Shown: positions 60,660 to 64,000 of the stretch, piece by piece
Layout: each line of letters starts with the position of its first letter
Position numbering within the stretch: the stretch's first letter is position 1
Source of the DNA: Trypanosoma brucei
Lineage: Eukaryota
NCBI GenBank assembly: GCA_000002445.1
Contig: CP000069.1
Coordinates: 160,001 to 224,000, forward strand
DNA length: 64,000 nt
Reading direction: 5' to 3'
Program-made: the position numbers and the translations under genes
The notes under the pieces: model-generated
What the model was told of the DNA's origin: nothing
The model's database searches: none
Seen by the model: the letters and a program-made list of their open reading frames with translations, nothing else

Positions 60660-62033
60660 ATGAGGCACGAATTAGTGTTTACCATTGGGTTGTTTGTGGC
60701 TGTTTTATCTGATTCTTCTCAGATATTTTTGCCGCACTGGCGCGATTGGATCCAGGTATCTAAAAACGGGAGTATACTTACAACTCTCGTTAGTGAAGTC
60801 AACAACCACCACAGCATTGGTGAATTCGAGGCACTTTGCAAGATTTACAGAATCACACAAGCGGAGACCCCGAAGCCTTCCTTTAAGAATCGTGAGAAGG
60901 AAGCTGAGATTCTGAAGAAGTTGGAGGAAATGGTCAGTGAAACTGAGGCTGTGGGTGGTGATAAAGGTTCAAGTAAGTTGGGTAAAAGAACGACGGCATA
61001 TCAGGAGATAAAGATACTTTTTGAGAAGGCGAAAAAGCTGAAGGAAGAAATAGAAGTGAATAGGACAAGATCGCTAAATGCAAGTCGTTCTGCTGAGGAA
61101 AATATGTTGAGAGCTGTGTATGGCGACGCTGTGGATGTGGCGAGAAATGAAAATAAAACTCTGGAGGAAGCCATGAGAGGAAACAAATCACTACTGTTCA
61201 ACAGTGTTGATCATGCAAATATGAGTTGTGGTTCTTACGGAGACAAACTGGTTGGAAAGACACTGATCAATGACTTTTTCTGCCTATGTGTGGGAGAGGC
61301 GACAGATTTACAAATAAGAAGCAATAAGTATTATGCACTCGACTTAAACTCAACTAATCACACTGTGTATAATGGGTTTAACTGTCCCTGCAAGGATGAA
61401 ATAAGGAGACCTAAACATGGAAGTTGGACTATGATGGCTGATTATTGCCCAAGCAACTATAATACTTGCGACCCTAGAAAGGTAAAATACAACCATACTG
61501 AGGCATGGGATGTGATTAGTAAAGCTTGCGTGTACAAAAATGTTGCATCGAATGTGAAAACTCTGAAGAGTGCACTAGCTCAGTTTGATGCGTTGGTGAA
61601 TTTAGAGCAGGATAATTATCAAATGAAGGGTATTCTTGGGTACGCGGATATTTCAGAAAACACAAATCGCATCTGCAACGGTTATACTGCTGGATTCACG
61701 TGTGTCAGTTACAATTACACACTTGAAAATGGTGGAATTCCATGGTACAACCGCCTCACTAACGCCACCAAGGAACTACAAGAAATGGCGAAGTATGCCA
61801 AAGAAGCTGACAGTCATCTTTACGAATTGGAAGAGTACCAACATGAGGCAGAGGAAATATATCTTGAAGTGAAACTTGGTGGTGATGCAGAGCTATGGAA
61901 GAGTAGCCGAGGTAAAGGCGAAGGTGACGGTGAAGGTGATGATACTGATGTAAATAATGATGGGCTCAACTATATAAATATTACAACTGACTTTCTTATA
62001 TTATTGTTTTCATCTTTCATTTGTATATCTTAG
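60660..62033 (+). CDS. PAG-like or GRESAG2-like GPI-anchored surface protein, copy 2 (identical 457 aa)
   Basis: Identical translation to 53253..54626. Confidence 0.45.
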   Translation: MRHELVFTIGLFVAVLSDSSQIFLPHWRDWIQVSKNGSILTTLVSEVNNHHSIGEFEALCKIYRITQAETPKPSFKNREKEAEILKKLEEMVSETEAVGGDKGSSKLGKRTTAYQEIKILFEKAKKLKEEIEVNRTRSLNASRSAEENMLRAVYGDAVDVARNENKTLEEAMRGNKSLLFNSVDHANMSCGSYGDKLVGKTLINDFFCLCVGEATDLQIRSNKYYALDLNSTNHTVYNGFNCPCKDEIRRPKHGSWTMMADYCPSNYNTCDPRKVKYNHTEAWDVISKACVYKNVASNVKTLKSALAQFDALVNLEQDNYQMKGILGYADISENTNRICNGYTAGFTCVSYNYTLENGGIPWYNRLTNATKELQEMAKYAKEADSHLYELEEYQHEAEEIYLEVKLGGDAELWKSSRGKGEGDGEGDDTDVNNDGLNYINITTDFLILLFSSFICIS

Positions 62034-64000
62034 TTTGTGATTAATTTGGTAATTGCTTTGTGTGGTGTCGCTTTTTTTTTTTCTTTGTGGAGGGGAGGAG
62101 GAGGGATGTTGTATTTGTGTGCAGTTGTTTTCAAATTAATTATAAATTTGGTAACAAAAATTTCTGCAAATGTTGCTTTTGACTGTGTTTGAGCGTGGCT
62201 GTTGGGACGTTGACGGGGAATCGCCACGGCAGGGTCATTTCCCGAGAGGGTGCCGATACGTTGTGTTACTTTTTCATTTTCACATCGCGCAAGGATATGG
62301 GTATGCTACTATTAACAAATCATTTAGCTCCTATCTAGTACGCTCCGCTGCGGCAGAAAAATAAGGGGCCACGAACAAAATTCTATGTGTCTACGAGCAC
62401 TGTCAGCCTTCCAAGGACTCTCGGATCTCTATCGCAGCGAGTTTAGGTTAAAAGTGGGATGAAGAACTCCTCCTTCTGCTTGTTCCGGCCGAACATAGAG
62501 GCGTGACGGCAGCTCCTTCGTTTCCATCCACGGAGGACACAACATTCGCTGAATTATCTCTTAATGGAGCGTTTTTTTGTTTTTAAGTGTAAAATAACTG
62601 TCTGGTGTATATATATATATATATTGACTGAAAGAAGGAGTCGAGAGCGTCTTTTCCGAGTGCACTTTTCTCCGGCGGATCTCCCACTAACCTGTGGCGT
62701 AGGGCTATGGCTCCCAAAACACGTGTAAACACTACTGTATGATGTGGGTTATCGTGTTCATTGGCGTGGTAGTACTCTTTAATCCAGCGTATTCCATGTT
62801 TGATGTCATTGTGTATTTAGAAGCCCACTTTGGAGTAGATCCTTATCCCGGCCTCGGAGGGGATACTGCACACAGTTGCAACGCGTTGACGATGGAGCTC
62901 TGGGGCGCTGTTGGTTAGGTTTTCAAGTTTTGGAGTGACCCAATCTGTGTATTTTCTAGAGCTGAACCGTTAAGCTGCTGAGGGATGCATATTTATGCGG
63001 TCACTGTTAACTTCAGATGAGTTGTTCATCTGCTGAAGCCGTTTCCCCGGACGGTGGCTCTTTATCTCCCTATGTGTTATCCTGGCTTCACTTTGTAAGG
63101 CCGCTGCCTTCACTAGGTTTGTTTTCCTGGTGTCTGACCCTTTTCTGTGGAGGTATCCCGCCTTTCAATTTGCTTGCGATGTTGCATTCCCTGAACTGTG
63201 GCGGATTTGATTCTGTAGCCTTTTCCGTTGGGAGAGCCAAACTCTCAGTCATTCTCCAACCCTGTGTTTCACCACTTGTTTTTACTTTGTTTTTATACCT
63301 TCGTTTGATTCTGTAATTTTCGTTGCGCGTTTAGTCTGCGCCTACTCCGCTCTCACTGTTTATCTTCAGTTACTTGCTCACAGAAAGTCTGAGCAGATTC
63401 GTGGCAGCTTGTTCCCACTTTACGCATTTATCGACGGGCAAATTCTCGTTACCCTGCGAAGGTGCTCTGGGACTTGGTAAGTAATCAGCTTCTTTTGCTG
63501 GCACAACATTTCGGTTTGTTTCAGTAGCTTGGTGACGAGACGTTTTATCACCATCTGGGTTTTACTGTTTCTCGCCTGTGTCTACGTGGCCGTTGTTTTG
63601 TGGCTTAACCGTCCCTCTGGACTGAATGTTTGAAGCTATATTCATGAAGAACTGCGCGAGTTCCACGTATTGGTTCCTTCCTTTTCTGTTCCACTGCGCT
63701 CATCAACCCCATTCCTTCTCATCCTTGGTGTCCTCGAGTTTTTGGAGGAAGTGCCTGATCGTCTCTCGGTATTCTGTTCTTCCGTTGTTGCGAACCTCCC
63801 TTCACTTCCCTTCCCGACTGTGCACTATTTTTTGTTTTTGCACCACGTAAGTCTGGCTTGTCTGAGGAGTTTCAAATATTACCCTGAACGCCGCCTGCTT
63901 TCCGTTGTTATGTTCCACCTCTTTGTGCCTCCATCCGTAGTTGTTCCTGGGGCGATGACAATTCCAGGATCGTGCTACCGTGTGTGCGTTAGATTACCGC

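Larger units (their letters stand above)
56800..64000. repeat. 7.4-kb tandem unit 2 (truncated by the window end)
   Basis: See unit 1. It would end near 64219. Confidence 0.9.

Overview
The window is African-trypanosome (Trypanosoma brucei-group) nuclear DNA. This call rests on three things read from the ORF track: two full-length GRESAG4/ESAG4-type receptor adenylate cyclase genes, an ESAG8-type leucine-rich-repeat gene, and two copies of an EP procyclin gene with the diagnostic (Glu-Pro)n repeat and GPI signal. No search was run, so every family assignment comes from motif recognition in the provided translations.

Layout, left to right:
- 1-13398: a piece of a GRESAG4 tandem array on the + strand. 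It runs spacer repeat R, GRESAG4 copy 1, a degenerate GRESAG4 pseudogene, then a second copy of R. That second R breaks off at 13399.
- 13399-14485: a convergent strand-switch region.
- 14486-27295: a minus-strand block. It holds a C2H2-type zinc-finger gene, a beta-1,3-glycosyltransferase-like pseudogene, unannotatable gene remnants, a 1491-bp tandem array encoding a secreted C-type-lectin-like protein, and an inverted copy of the GRESAG4 pseudogene.
- 27296-30662: a GC-rich divergent strand-switch region with long poly-G tracts. It ends in (TTAGGG)x4 immediately before the first + strand gene.
- 30663-49379: + strand genes. These are an M20 dipeptidase, a KilA-N/Bro-N-like + ESAG8-type LRR protein, GRESAG4 copy 2, and an alpha-helical GPI-anchored surface protein.
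- 49380-64000: two nearly identical 7.4-kb tandem units, each with one EP procyclin gene and one 457-aa GPI-anchored PAG-like gene.

Large-scale repeat structure:
- A ~4.9-kb inverted repeat, 7225-12105 and 22411-27295, brackets 10.3 kb of unrelated genes.
- The GRESAG4 spacer repeat R occurs four times.
- The lectin-like gene is tandemly duplicated (2.2 units).
- The procyclin unit is tandemly duplicated, and the second unit is truncated by the window end.

The ORF track assigns M to GTG/TTG starts (for example 16008..16313), so track start coordinates are not reliable ATG starts.
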